IMG/VR virus record: IMGVR_UViG_3300020044_003255
Span: 1-35,741 of that record
Source of the DNA: a virus
Lineage: Duplodnaviria; Caudoviricetes
Strand: one strand, 5' to 3'
DNA length: 35,741 nucleotides
Below are positions 8,172-18,466 of the stretch, piece by piece. Every line of letters begins with the position of its first letter. The stretch's first letter is position 1. Below the pieces are notes generated by a model that did no database searches, was not told the DNA's origin, and saw only the letters and a program-made list of their open reading frames with translations. A program made the position numbers and the translations under genes.

Positions 8172-9605
8172 GTGAAGACGCCTATCCTTGGCCAATCGTA
8201 TGTGGCTCGCAGCGTTAACGCTGCGGATAGCCGCATGGTAAACCTGTACCCTGAAGCCACACCGGCGCCAGAAGGTATGGAGCCCGCGTTTCTGAACCGG
8301 GCGCCAGGCTTGCGTAAGCTTGCGACTGTTGGCACCGGCCCCATCCGTGGGCTGTGGCAGTACGGCAACTACGGCTACGCTGTCTCAGGCAGCAAGCTCT
8401 ACCGCATATCAAGCGATTGGACATCGATACCGCTAGGTAACGTCAGTGGTACTGGCCCCGTGTCGATGGTCGACAATGGCACACAGCTTTTCATTGCAGC
8501 CAATCCTGACGGCTACATCTACGACGCGTCGACTGAAGAGTACGCCGAAATTACGGACGTGGACTTCCCAGGCGCCGTGACTGTGGGCTATTTGGACGGC
8601 TATTTCGTTTTCCAAGAGCCAAACTCCCAGAAGTTCTGGACGTCTGAGCTGCTTGATGGCACCCAGCTCGACCCGCTGTCGTTTGCCAGTGCTGAAGGTA
8701 TGCCGGACAACCTCATTTCGTTGTTTGTCGACCACCGCGAGGTGTGGCTGTTTGGCACGCAGTCCGTTGAGGTCTGGTACGACGCAGGCGACACGCCGTT
8801 TCCTCTGGCTCGCATCCAAGGTGCGGTCAACGAGATCGGCTGTGCAGCAACCTTTTCAGTGGCTAAGATGGACAACTCGCTGTTCTGGCTAGGGTCGGAT
8901 GCCCGTGGCCAAGGCGTGGTGTTCCGTGCCAACGGCTACACTGGCCAGCGTATTTCGACCCACGCGGTCGAGTTTGCCATCCAGAGCTACGGCACCATCT
9001 CAGACGCAATCGCTTTCACCTACCAGCAAGACGGCCACGCTTTCTACGTGCTGACCTTCCCGACTGCTCAGAAGACTTGGGTGTTCGATGTGGCCACAGG
9101 TGCCTGGCATGAGCGTGCCGGGTTTGCCAACGGTCAGTTCATCCGTCACCGTGCCAACTGCCAGATGTTTTTCAACAACGAAGTGGTTGTTGGCGACTTC
9201 CAGAACGGCAAAATTTACGCTTACGATTTAGATGTGTTTGCTGACGACACGCTGCCACAAAAGTGGCTGCGGTCATGGCGGGCGCTGCCTACCGGCCAGA
9301 ACAACTTGAAGCGTACCGCCCAGCACGCCTTGCAGCTTGAGTGCGAGACGGGCGTGGGCATCGTGACCGGCCAAGGCAACGACCCACAGGTCATGCTGCG
9401 CTTCTCAGATGACGGCGGCCACACATGGTCGAACGAGAAGTGGGCGGGCATGGGCAAGATGGGCAATTACGGGTTTAGAGCGTTCTGGCGTCGTTTAGGC
9501 ATGACTGACAAGCTGCGTGACCGCGTGTACGAGGTATCAGGCACTGACCCCGTCAAGATCGCCATTATGGGTGCCGAACTCGCGTTGACCGGCACCAATG
9601 CCTAA
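8172..9605 (+). CDS. Tail hub / DNA stabilization protein (P22 gp10-like)
   Basis: 477 aa; FASAEGMPD, YQQDGHAFYVLTFP, SDDGGHTWS, WRRLG motifs. Confidence 0.88.
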   Translation: MKTPILGQSYVARSVNAADSRMVNLYPEATPAPEGMEPAFLNRAPGLRKLATVGTGPIRGLWQYGNYGYAVSGSKLYRISSDWTSIPLGNVSGTGPVSMVDNGTQLFIAANPDGYIYDASTEEYAEITDVDFPGAVTVGYLDGYFVFQEPNSQKFWTSELLDGTQLDPLSFASAEGMPDNLISLFVDHREVWLFGTQSVEVWYDAGDTPFPLARIQGAVNEIGCAATFSVAKMDNSLFWLGSDARGQGVVFRANGYTGQRISTHAVEFAIQSYGTISDAIAFTYQQDGHAFYVLTFPTAQKTWVFDVATGAWHERAGFANGQFIRHRANCQMFFNNEVVVGDFQNGKIYAYDLDVFADDTLPQKWLRSWRALPTGQNNLKRTAQHALQLECETGVGIVTGQGNDPQVMLRFSDDGGHTWSNEKWAGMGKMGNYGFRAFWRRLGMTDKLRDRVYEVSGTDPVKIAIMGAELALTGTNA

Positions 9606-11532
9606 CCCAGATAACGAACCGCAAATACCCAAGAATCAGTCGCCGATCTCCGACGACCGGACGGGTATGGTCTCGCGTGACTGGTACCGGTTCTTCCTAA
9701 ACCTGCTCAATAAGGCCAACCAAGGCGGTGGGGGCGGCACAGGCACGGTGACGTCGGTCAACGTATCCGGCGGCACAACAGGTTTAACGACCTCTGGCGG
9801 ACCTGTCACGACGTCCGGCACCATCACCCTAGCCGGAACCCTAGACGTTGATAACGGCGGCACAGGAGCCACTACAGCCTCTGGCGCACGCACTAATCTA
9901 GGCGCAGCAGCGTCCGGCGCCAACTCGGACATCACCTCGATGTCGGGCATTACAGGGGCTATCAGCTCGCCCACCTACATCCAGATGGGCAACGGTGCAG
10001 CTACCACACTAGCAGCTGGCCGCATGTGGTACAACCAAACCACCGGCACATGGAACATGGGCATGGGCGGCGGTGCCATTACTCAGCAGGTCGGCGAAGA
10101 GCTGTACGTTTACGGTAAAGCCACAGCGACTATCTCTGGCGAAACTATCCTGCAAGCCATCTATAAAACGGGCGTTGTAGGCGCGTCTGGCGCTATTACT
10201 TTTGCCCCCACTATTGCTGGTATTACCGATATTGGCGCCATTATTGGTGTTGCCACGGAAGACATCGCCACAAACGGCTTTGGCCGGGTGACCAGTTTTG
10301 GTGTAGTTCGCGGCATAAATACGACCGGGGCAACATACGGCGAGACTTGGACGGACGGCACCGACATTTGGTACAACCCCGTTACCGGCGGTTTAACTAG
10401 CACAGAGCCTGTGGCGCCTAACATTAAAGTTCAGATCGGCACCGTCATCAACGCTGGCCCCGGCGGGTCAGGGTCGTTTCAAGTATTGCTGACCCCTGGG
10501 TCTACTCTTGGCGGCACGGATTCCAACGTGCAGTTTTCGTCGCTTGCCAACAATAACTTAATCCAGTACGACAGCGCGTTACAGTATTGGAAGAATGTTA
10601 CGCCCGGCAGCGTCACAGGCGTTGGCAGCGTAGCCAATGCCTTAACAGCTGGCACCGGCATTTCGTACAGCGTTGGCACGACCTACAACGGCTCAGTAGC
10701 GGTCACGATCAACAATTCAGCGCCTGACCAGACGGTGGTGTTGACCGGCGGCACAGGCATCAGCACGTCGGGCACGTACCCCAGCTTTACGATTACCAAT
10801 ACCTTGCCAGACCAAACGGTGTCGCTAACCGGGGCGGGCACGACTAGCATCTCCGGCACGTACCCCAACTTCACCATCACGTCGAATGACCAGTATGTGG
10901 GCACGGTCACTAGCGTGTCCGGCACCGGTACGGTCAACGGCATTAGCCTGTCTGGCACGGTCACATCTAGCGGCAGCCTGACACTAGGCGGCACACTGTC
11001 AAACGTCAGCTTGACCACGCAGGTGACCGGCACGCTGCCGATTGCTAATGGCGGCACCGGCCAAACGACTGCCAGCGCCGCCTTTAACGCCTTGTCCCCG
11101 GTTACTAGCACGGGCGATCTGATCCTTGGCAACGGTGTCAACAGCTCGACCCGCCTGCCAATTGGCGCGAATACTTACGTGCTGACATCGAATGGCACGA
11201 CAGCCTCTTGGGCGCTGCCAACCGGCTCGGGCGCGACGATTACGAACGACACGACTACAGCCACGAACGTCTACCCAACGTTTGCAGCTGCCACGTCCGG
11301 TTCACTGTCGACCATCTATACCAGCAACGCCAAATATCTGTACAAACCTAGCACAGGTGAATTAACATCGGAGCATTTCGTAGCGAGCAATGGTATATTT
11401 GTCAATAGTTTAACTATTGACACTAGCTACACAATTGCTGCAGGCACCTCCGGTATGTCGGCAGGCCCGATAACAGTGGCTAGCGGCACTACGGTGACGG
11501 TATCTAGCGGCTCACGATGGGTGGTGGTGTGA
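9598..11532 (+). CDS. Long tail needle/fibre protein (position of P22 gp26)
   Basis: N-terminal SRDWYRFFLNL anchor; Gly/Thr/Ser-rich repeats; GTLPIANGGTG; C-terminal GPIT...[12 protein letters not shown]. Confidence 0.75.
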   Translation: MPNPDNEPQIPKNQSPISDDRTGMVSRDWYRFFLNLLNKANQGGGGGTGTVTSVNVSGGTTGLTTSGGPVTTSGTITLAGTLDVDNGGTGATTASGARTNLGAAASGANSDITSMSGITGAISSPTYIQMGNGAATTLAAGRMWYNQTTGTWNMGMGGGAITQQVGEELYVYGKATATISGETILQAIYKTGVVGASGAITFAPTIAGITDIGAIIGVATEDIATNGFGRVTSFGVVRGINTTGATYGETWTDGTDIWYNPVTGGLTSTEPVAPNIKVQIGTVINAGPGGSGSFQVLLTPGSTLGGTDSNVQFSSLANNNLIQYDSALQYWKNVTPGSVTGVGSVANALTAGTGISYSVGTTYNGSVAVTINNSAPDQTVVLTGGTGISTSGTYPSFTITNTLPDQTVSLTGAGTTSISGTYPNFTITSNDQYVGTVTSVSGTGTVNGISLSGTVTSSGSLTLGGTLSNVSLTTQVTGTLPIANGGTGQTTASAAFNALSPVTSTGDLILGNGVNSSTRLPIGANTYVLTSNGTTASWALPTGSGATITNDTTTATNVYPTFAAATSGSLSTIYTSNAKYLYKPSTGELTSEHFVASNGIFVNSLTIDTSYTIAAGTSGMSAGPITVASGTTVTVSSGSRWVVV

Positions 11533-12425
11533 ACGCGGTTGAGATATTTAACCCTGACAGCACGGCGGTCGTTACGCCGGAGTTAATGCGGCAGAAAGTT
11601 GTGGCGCTGCAGGATGAATTGCTGCAAATGCCGCAGGCTGATATTGTGACAACACACACGTTTTTGCCCGGCGTATACGAGCGAAAGATTACGATACCGC
11701 CGTGGACAATATTGACAGGCGCAGCGCACAAGACGGACTACCGCGTGCGGTTGGAAAAAGGCACAATTGCGGTAAACCGTGACACGGAAGTGGTTGTGCT
11801 AACCGCGCCATGTGAGTTTGACGCCAAAGCGGGTGAGCAACGCGCAGGGCGGGTGTTTGAGGATGAAGTTGTCTGGGTGGACATTTACCCCAACCCCGAC
11901 GATTGCCAAGATATACCGACATTAGAAGACAGACTGTACGTAGTGCCGGAGTGCGGATTAGGTGACACACGTAGACGGCTAAGAATTGAGTCGGCGCGCG
12001 CAGATTATCAGTTGTTTTTAGGGCAGTTAGGGGTAGATCAACCCACAATGGACGCGATAGTGACCATTGAAAGTGATCTGATTGATATGCCGGAAGGGCA
12101 CGATGTAGAGTTGAAAGAATCGCCAGTGCATGGTATCGGCATGTTTGCTACACGGTACTTTTTTGCAGGTGAAGTTATTTGCCCTGGTCGATTGGATGGA
12201 AAGCGTACTCCAGCAGGGCGATATATTAACCATTCGCACGATGCTAATGTAATACCATACAAATTTGGTGATGACATCTATACGATAGCATTAAAAGATA
12301 TATCTATAGGTGAGGAGCTTTTTTTAGATTATAGAGCCTCTATGCGAGTAAATTTTGGGCTTTATTTATCGGGGGAAATGTTATGTCAGGGTACACAGCA
12401 GCAGCAATTGGTGGCGCCGCTTTAA
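11529..12425 (+). CDS. Cupin-like domain fused to SET domain (putative lysine methyltransferase)
   Basis: N-terminal HTFLPGVYERKITIP...GAAHK; C-terminal SET motifs SPVHGIGMFAT, RYINHS, IGEELFLDY; probable GTG start via GTGA overlap (alternative ATG 11517). Confidence 0.8.
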   Translation: MNAVEIFNPDSTAVVTPELMRQKVVALQDELLQMPQADIVTTHTFLPGVYERKITIPPWTILTGAAHKTDYRVRLEKGTIAVNRDTEVVVLTAPCEFDAKAGEQRAGRVFEDEVVWVDIYPNPDDCQDIPTLEDRLYVVPECGLGDTRRRLRIESARADYQLFLGQLGVDQPTMDAIVTIESDLIDMPEGHDVELKESPVHGIGMFATRYFFAGEVICPGRLDGKRTPAGRYINHSHDANVIPYKFGDDIYTIALKDISIGEELFLDYRASMRVNFGLYLSGEMLCQGTQQQQLVAPL

Positions 12426-13087
12426 TAGGCGGCTACGCTTCTAATCAAGCAGCTAAAAAACAATTGCAAGGCGCTAGGGAAGGCGCTGCTGCAGAAGAGC
12501 GCATGTTTAATCGTCAGGTTGAACTGCAAGAGCCTTTTCGTCAAGCTGGCGTTAACGCGCTGCCCGAACTAATTGAAGCTTCTCGCTACACGCCATTTGG
12601 CATGGAACAGTTCCAAGCTGACCCCGGTTATGGTTTTCGTCTTAAAGAAGGACTGCGAGCGCTAGAAGGTAGCGCTGCAGCACGCGGCGGCCTGCTGTCA
12701 GGTAATGCCCTGCGCGGCGTGGCGCGCTATGGTCAAGGATTGGCAGCGGAAGAATACGGAAATGCGTTTAATCGTTATCAAGCAGAGCGTGCCGCTCGTT
12801 TAAACCCCCTACAAAGTTTGGCAGGGCTTGGCCAAAGCACGTCTGCGCAAATGGCTGGGCAAGCAGGCACATATGGCCAACAGATGGCGCAAAATGCCGC
12901 AAATATGGGCAACATTCGCGCGTCGAGCTACATGAACACTGCTAACGCATTGGCGGGCGGTATTGGCACGGGGTTGAACTATTACCAAAATCAGCAGATG
13001 ATGGATCGGTATTTTCCACAACGCGACGCTGAGTTAATGGATATTGGTAACTCTACTAGCGATTACGGTTCATATCGCCGTCGATAG
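12383..13087 (+). CDS. DNA ejection protein (P22 gp7-like)
   Basis: Gly/Ala N-terminus, DPGYGFRLKEG, SAAARGGLLSGNAL, Gln/Ala-rich. Confidence 0.75.
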   Translation: MSGYTAAAIGGAALIGGYASNQAAKKQLQGAREGAAAEERMFNRQVELQEPFRQAGVNALPELIEASRYTPFGMEQFQADPGYGFRLKEGLRALEGSAAARGGLLSGNALRGVARYGQGLAAEEYGNAFNRYQAERAARLNPLQSLAGLGQSTSAQMAGQAGTYGQQMAQNAANMGNIRASSYMNTANALAGGIGTGLNYYQNQQMMDRYFPQRDAELMDIGNSTSDYGSYRRR

Positions 13088-13105
13088 AAATGTTAAAGGT
13101 AAATT

Positions 13106-15244
13106 ATGGCCGGTATTGATTACAGCATCCCAGGGCAGTTCAAAGGCATTCAACTTGAATCGCCCATGAACGCTATGGCGCAAGCCATGCAGTTGCGCGG
13201 GCTGCAAGACACGCTACAACTTAATGCGTTGAAAGCGCAAGAGTATCAACAACAGCAGCAAGAGAAGAACGCGCTTGCTCAGTTAATGGCTACGCCCGGC
13301 TTAAAATATGGGTCAGATGAATTTTTTAACCAACTTGCAACTAAAGCGCCTAGTTTTTACGAAAAAATTGCTGGTGGCGTAGAAAAGCGCCAAACCGCAG
13401 AGGCGCAACAGCAGCTTGCACTTTCAACAAAACAACAACGCGAACAAGCTATACAAGACGCCGCAAGAAAAGATAAAGAAGCTAGACGCGGTAGTGCATT
13501 TCGCTACATTGCTAACGCACAAGATTTTGGCCAAGCAGCTAGTTTGGTTGAACGGTCTGTGCGAAATGGCGATATTAGCCGTGAAGAAGCAGACGATATG
13601 TTAGCGCCGCTGTATGCTTCGGGGCAGCCTGACATGGGTCAATTTAGAGCTAACGTTCTGACCGGCTTGTTGCCTGCAAAAGAAGCGTTGACTGCGGGCG
13701 CTGACCTTGAAAAAGCGACATTAGGTGTTGCCTCAGAAAAGCAAAAGCTTGAGAAAGAAAAACTTGATTTTGCAAAAGCAAAATTTGGTTTTACAACTGA
13801 GCAGTTTGATACTCGCCTTAAACAGTTTAACCAGTTCTACCCAGCGACTAGAGTTACGTCAGAGGTTGACGTTGAAACTCGGCTTAGAGCGCAAGCCGCA
13901 GACCCAATACTTGGCCCACTAATTAAAGAGTTTGGGTCAATTGAAGAACTTATTGCGCGCGATAAAAAGGAATTTAGAGCCAACGAAGATGGCTACAAAA
14001 ACCGTTTGGCCGGCGTGTCTATAGATAAAATTTTAGGTGCTGCTGAAGAAAAAGAACAGGCTGCCTTTAGTCAAGATCAACTAAATCGAGTCTTAAACAA
14101 ACAGCCTTTAATTAGCTTTGATCAATGGCGCGCGCTCCAACGTTCAACACAAACAGCCCCTGCGCCTGACGCGGCGGCTGTTGCTCCTGCTGCTGCGGTT
14201 GATTCTAAAACTGTTGCTATGCCAACTAACGTTGCCGTTACAACAGAAGACGGCAGTAAAAAACTGGGTGAAGTTCCAGTTGTAGCAGATGTTTCTGGAG
14301 TTGACTTTTTAGACCCAACGGCGCAGGCATTGTATACCTTAGCTAGTAACCCTAAAAACAAAGATCGGGCACAGGCCTTAACGCACTTGGCCGATAAAAT
14401 GCAGGCCGAACACGCAGAGAGACTAAAAGAAAAACGTGCTGAAGAACAAAAGTCAACAACACTTTCTGGTGATTTCATAAACGTAACAGTAGCAGAAGAC
14501 AAAATAGCTGAACTTGAAAAAAACCCAACTCCACTTAACCTAAGAAAAATAGCAAATTTGCGGGCACAAATTAAAGCCGCAAATGAAGGTAAAGCGCCTA
14601 AAAATTACAATGTAGTCAAACTGCCGCCGCAAGAAAATGCGTTTGAAATAGGGGTTGGTTCTGGGCAAGCTAAAACAGTGCTTGAAAATAAAGCCAAAGC
14701 TGAAGACGCGCGCGACATGTTGGATACGGTCAGCATTGGCCGAAACATTCTTAAGTCTGGAACTATCACCGGAGCTGGCGCAGACTTTTTTGTTGGGCTT
14801 AACCAAGCGCTTAAAACTGCGGGCGTCGATTTTGGCTATGCCGAAGCATCAGCAAATTCGCAAGCCTATGCAGCTAACATGGCGCAAAACGTTGGTAAGC
14901 TAATTAAACTGTTTGGTGCAGGTACTGGGCTTTCTGACGCTGACCGAAAATATGCTGAACGTATGGCTGGCGGTCAAATTTCGTTGGATCGCAAAGCGCT
15001 TGAAAAGATACTTGATATTCAAGAACGCGCGTCGCGTAATGTAATTCAACGACACAATAAAAGCGTTAAAGGCATTAAAACCAATATCCCGTTGGAAGTT
15101 GAACTTGATGAAGCGCCTCTCGCACCGGCGGCGGCTGCATCAATACCAAAAACAAATTCTAAGGGGTGGGTATTAAAAAAGGATAAAGCCGGTAATAGAG
15201 CGTATGTCAGTCCTGATGGTAAGCAATTTGAAGAGGTCAAATAA
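13106..15244 (+). CDS. Putative DNA ejection protein (gp20 position)
   Basis: 712 aa helical, Gln/Ala/Lys-rich; follows gp7-like gene. Confidence 0.65.
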   Translation: MAGIDYSIPGQFKGIQLESPMNAMAQAMQLRGLQDTLQLNALKAQEYQQQQQEKNALAQLMATPGLKYGSDEFFNQLATKAPSFYEKIAGGVEKRQTAEAQQQLALSTKQQREQAIQDAARKDKEARRGSAFRYIANAQDFGQAASLVERSVRNGDISREEADDMLAPLYASGQPDMGQFRANVLTGLLPAKEALTAGADLEKATLGVASEKQKLEKEKLDFAKAKFGFTTEQFDTRLKQFNQFYPATRVTSEVDVETRLRAQAADPILGPLIKEFGSIEELIARDKKEFRANEDGYKNRLAGVSIDKILGAAEEKEQAAFSQDQLNRVLNKQPLISFDQWRALQRSTQTAPAPDAAAVAPAAAVDSKTVAMPTNVAVTTEDGSKKLGEVPVVADVSGVDFLDPTAQALYTLASNPKNKDRAQALTHLADKMQAEHAERLKEKRAEEQKSTTLSGDFINVTVAEDKIAELEKNPTPLNLRKIANLRAQIKAANEGKAPKNYNVVKLPPQENAFEIGVGSGQAKTVLENKAKAEDARDMLDTVSIGRNILKSGTITGAGADFFVGLNQALKTAGVDFGYAEASANSQAYAANMAQNVGKLIKLFGAGTGLSDADRKYAERMAGGQISLDRKALEKILDIQERASRNVIQRHNKSVKGIKTNIPLEVELDEAPLAPAAAASIPKTNSKGWVLKKDKAGNRAYVSPDGKQFEEVK

Positions 15245-17031
15245 TGGGTTTTGATCTATCCACTGCCAAACCAGTTGAAGACACGGGCGGGTTTGACCTA
15301 TCTTCTGCGCAAGAAGATACTTCTTTGCCGGAAGATTTTTTCAGGGCGGCTGAACAAGCTCAATTGCCTGGCCCTCGCCGTGAATATAGCGCGTTTGAAG
15401 TGCCGTTTCAGGCAGCTACAAACCTGTATCCTAGCGCCAAGCGCTTTGTGGGTGGTTTGTACGATGTAGTTACACACCCAGTACAGACAGCTAAAGGTGT
15501 ATTAGACATCGGCGCCGGCGCTATTCAAAGCGTACTGCCGCAAACGGTCGTTGATTTTGTAAATCGTTTTGAAGCTAACCCCGAAGCCGGACGTCAAGTT
15601 GTTGAAGCAGCGCGTGCTGCTGGCGGCGTTATTGCAGATCGGTACGGCGGCTACGAAAATATTAAGCGCACGTTAGCGGAAGATCCGGTGGGCGCTGCTG
15701 CGGATTTATCGACGCTGCTAACCGGCGGTGCAGGCGTAGCTAGATTGGCGGGTAAAGGTCAGCGCATGTTGACCGGCGAACTTGGCTCGTTGGGGCAAAA
15801 TGTAATTGGCGGGCTAGATCGCGCCGCCACGCTTACCAACCCAATATCTGCGGTGACTATACCGGCACAAAAAGCACTGGCGTTTAAAGAAGCTATTTTG
15901 CCCGGTGCGCTAACCAAACAAAAAGAAATTAACGCCGTTCGTGACGCCACATTGCGTGCCGGTCTTGAAGAAGGTTACATGGCAACGCCTGGTAGCGTGA
16001 CGCCACAAGGCCGCAACATCATCGCCGAACGTATGGCAGGCAAAACCAATCTTGAGCAGTTGATGTCGATTAACAATCAAGACGTCACTAATAAGCTGGC
16101 TCGCCGCGCAGTTAATATTGATGAAACTGCGCCGCTGACGTCTGAAAATATGCGCGGTATCCGCGCGGCAGAATACGAAAAGGGTTACAAACCTGTCGAG
16201 CGTATTGGTGAAGTGCCCGCTGACGTACAGTATTTTGTTGACTTGAATAACGTCAAATTAAAGTACACCGGCCCGCAAAAGTCTTTTCCCGGCGCAGTGC
16301 CCGATGAAGTAACTAAACTGTTTGATATTTATTCGACAGATAAGTTTAACTCTAAGGACGCGGTACAGGCGATTCGCAATTTGCGTGAAGATGCTAGGGC
16401 AAATTTTCGCAAGAATGAAAATGCAACGGCTAACGCGCAGCTTGATATAGCTAATGCACTGGAAAATCAGATGGAGCGGGCTATAGCCGCTACACCTACG
16501 CCTAACGCTAATACGTTGCTTGAACAGTTTCGATTGTCCCGCCAGCGTATGGCAATCTCTCACACGATTGAGGATGCTATCCGCGAAGGCGGCGGGTCTG
16601 TAGAAGCTAAAAAACTTGCCCGTGATTTGCAGAGCGGCAAATATTTGTCTGGCGATTTAAAAACAGCAGCTGAATTTGCTAACGTATTTCCCCGCGTGTC
16701 TAAAACTGCAGCCGAGATTGGCACGCCAGGCGCAGGCACGATGATGGGCGCGCCGTCTGGTTTTGGTGGCTTAATAGGCTCTGGGCTTGGCTACATGGCT
16801 GGCGAAGGTTCAGGTATGGGCGCTTTAGTAGGCAGCGCGGTGGGCGCATACGGCCCGCAAACGGTGTCCGCCGCAATGCGTAACTATTTGATGTCGCAAG
16901 GCGTTCAAAATAAGTTAATTCCAACTTACGAATCTACGCTAGGGCGTTTATCATCCGACATTACCGCCCGCAATGCGTTGCTGGCTACGCAAGCCGGCAA
17001 CGTTACGAATCAGAACAATCTGAGGAAATAA
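15244..17031 (+). CDS. Putative DNA ejection protein (gp16 position)
   Basis: 595 aa; N-terminal GFDLSTAKPV repeat; Gly-rich hydrophobic segments near C-terminus. Confidence 0.65.
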   Translation: MGFDLSTAKPVEDTGGFDLSSAQEDTSLPEDFFRAAEQAQLPGPRREYSAFEVPFQAATNLYPSAKRFVGGLYDVVTHPVQTAKGVLDIGAGAIQSVLPQTVVDFVNRFEANPEAGRQVVEAARAAGGVIADRYGGYENIKRTLAEDPVGAAADLSTLLTGGAGVARLAGKGQRMLTGELGSLGQNVIGGLDRAATLTNPISAVTIPAQKALAFKEAILPGALTKQKEINAVRDATLRAGLEEGYMATPGSVTPQGRNIIAERMAGKTNLEQLMSINNQDVTNKLARRAVNIDETAPLTSENMRGIRAAEYEKGYKPVERIGEVPADVQYFVDLNNVKLKYTGPQKSFPGAVPDEVTKLFDIYSTDKFNSKDAVQAIRNLREDARANFRKNENATANAQLDIANALENQMERAIAATPTPNANTLLEQFRLSRQRMAISHTIEDAIREGGGSVEAKKLARDLQSGKYLSGDLKTAAEFANVFPRVSKTAAEIGTPGAGTMMGAPSGFGGLIGSGLGYMAGEGSGMGALVGSAVGAYGPQTVSAAMRNYLMSQGVQNKLIPTYESTLGRLSSDITARNALLATQAGNVTNQNNLRK

Positions 17032-17922
17032 ATGGCATCCCTAACCCCAACACCCAAGCAGCAATTCTTCGATGCCAACGGTAACCCGCTGGTAGCCGGT
17101 AAGGTCTACACCTACGCCGGCGGCACGACGACACCAATTGCGACCTACACCGACCAGGCAGGCGGCACGGCAAACACCAACCCGATCATCCTTGATTCGC
17201 GTGGCATGGCCAACATCTGGCTGCAGCCAACCGTTGCGTACAAGTTCGTCATCACCGACAGCACGGATGTCACCCAGTACACCACGGACAATATCCTAGT
17301 ACCTGTGGACAATCTGTCGTTCGGCTCGCCACCCCCGATCGGTGACGTAGAGCCTGACACTGGCGCGTTTACGACCTTATCAGCCACGCAAGATGTGACC
17401 TTCTCCGGCTTTGGCTACGTGCAGATGCCTGTGGGCGCAACGACTGACCGTCCTAGCTCGCCAGCTGAAGGCATGTTCCGCTACAACAGCACGTTAGATT
17501 TGTTTGAAGGCTTTAGCAATAACCAGTGGGGTCAGGTGGGCGGCGCTGCGGGTGCAACCGGCGGCGGTAACGACGAAGTGTTTATTGAGAACGACCAGAC
17601 CGTCACGATCAGTTATACAATTCCGGCTACCAAGAACGCCATGACCACCGGCCCGATCACGCTAGGTGCTGGCTTTGTTGGCACGGGTAGTATTGCGGCC
17701 ACAACGTTGACGATTGACACGGCTACCTCTGGCGCTGTCGCGGTAGGGTCGGTGATTGCAGGTTCGGGCATCACGGCAGGTACGGTCATTACGGCCTTGG
17801 GTACAGGCACCGGCGGTATTGGCACCTACACGGTCGATGTGTCGCAGTCGGTGTCGCTGACCGCGATTACCGCAGCGGTAATTGTTACCGTTTCATCCGG
17901 CAGTCGGTGGGTTGTGATTTAG
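17032..17922 (+). CDS. Tail fibre with tailspike head-binding-like N-terminus
   Basis: [18 protein letters not shown]...[11 protein letters not shown]; PVGATTDRP...GMFRYN; C-terminal [12 protein letters not shown]. Confidence 0.78.
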   Translation: MASLTPTPKQQFFDANGNPLVAGKVYTYAGGTTTPIATYTDQAGGTANTNPIILDSRGMANIWLQPTVAYKFVITDSTDVTQYTTDNILVPVDNLSFGSPPPIGDVEPDTGAFTTLSATQDVTFSGFGYVQMPVGATTDRPSSPAEGMFRYNSTLDLFEGFSNNQWGQVGGAAGATGGGNDEVFIENDQTVTISYTIPATKNAMTTGPITLGAGFVGTGSIAATTLTIDTATSGAVAVGSVIAGSGITAGTVITALGTGTGGIGTYTVDVSQSVSLTAITAAVIVTVSSGSRWVVI

Positions 17923-17925
17923 CCC

Positions 17926-18456
17926 ATGAGAAAACGGCACGTACCTGCGGATGAGATAGCGTACATCCAACAATCGTGGGTTGTTGGTGACGACGGCGTT
18001 TTTTATTGGAAACGTAACGGCGGCGCAGGCGTTAAAGCGGGCGATAAAGTTGGAGTAATAACGTCAAAAACTGGGCATCAAGCATGCGTTTTGTATTACG
18101 ATAAAAAACTTAGGGGCTATTCTTGCGGAAAAGCCGCTTGGATGATTTTTTACGGTGAAGACCCGAAGTCCGAAATAGACCATATTGATTGCAATCCGCA
18201 AAATCATGTACTTAGTAATTTGCGAAAAGCAACGCGGGCAGAGCAATGCCAAAATAGGCGGTCAGGAAAACTTAACCGTAAAAATAAGGGTGTGTACAAA
18301 AGAAACTACGGCGATTATTGGACGGCGCAGATTTGGAAAGACGGAAAAGCGTACACTTTAGGTACGTTTAAGTCTGAAAACGAAGCTGTACAAGCTAGGG
18401 TTGCCGCAGCAAAAGAACTGCATGGCGCTTTCGCAAATTTGCAGTCTTATATGTAA
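17926..18456 (+). CDS. HNH homing endonuclease with AP2 DNA-binding domain
   Basis: EIDHIDCNPQNHVLSNLRKATRAEQCQN (HNH); KGVY...WTAQI...LGTFKSENEAVQAR...LHGAFA (AP2); AT-richer than flanks. Confidence 0.88.
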   Translation: MRKRHVPADEIAYIQQSWVVGDDGVFYWKRNGGAGVKAGDKVGVITSKTGHQACVLYYDKKLRGYSCGKAAWMIFYGEDPKSEIDHIDCNPQNHVLSNLRKATRAEQCQNRRSGKLNRKNKGVYKRNYGDYWTAQIWKDGKAYTLGTFKSENEAVQARVAAAKELHGAFANLQSYM

Positions 18457-18466
18457 AGGATAAATC

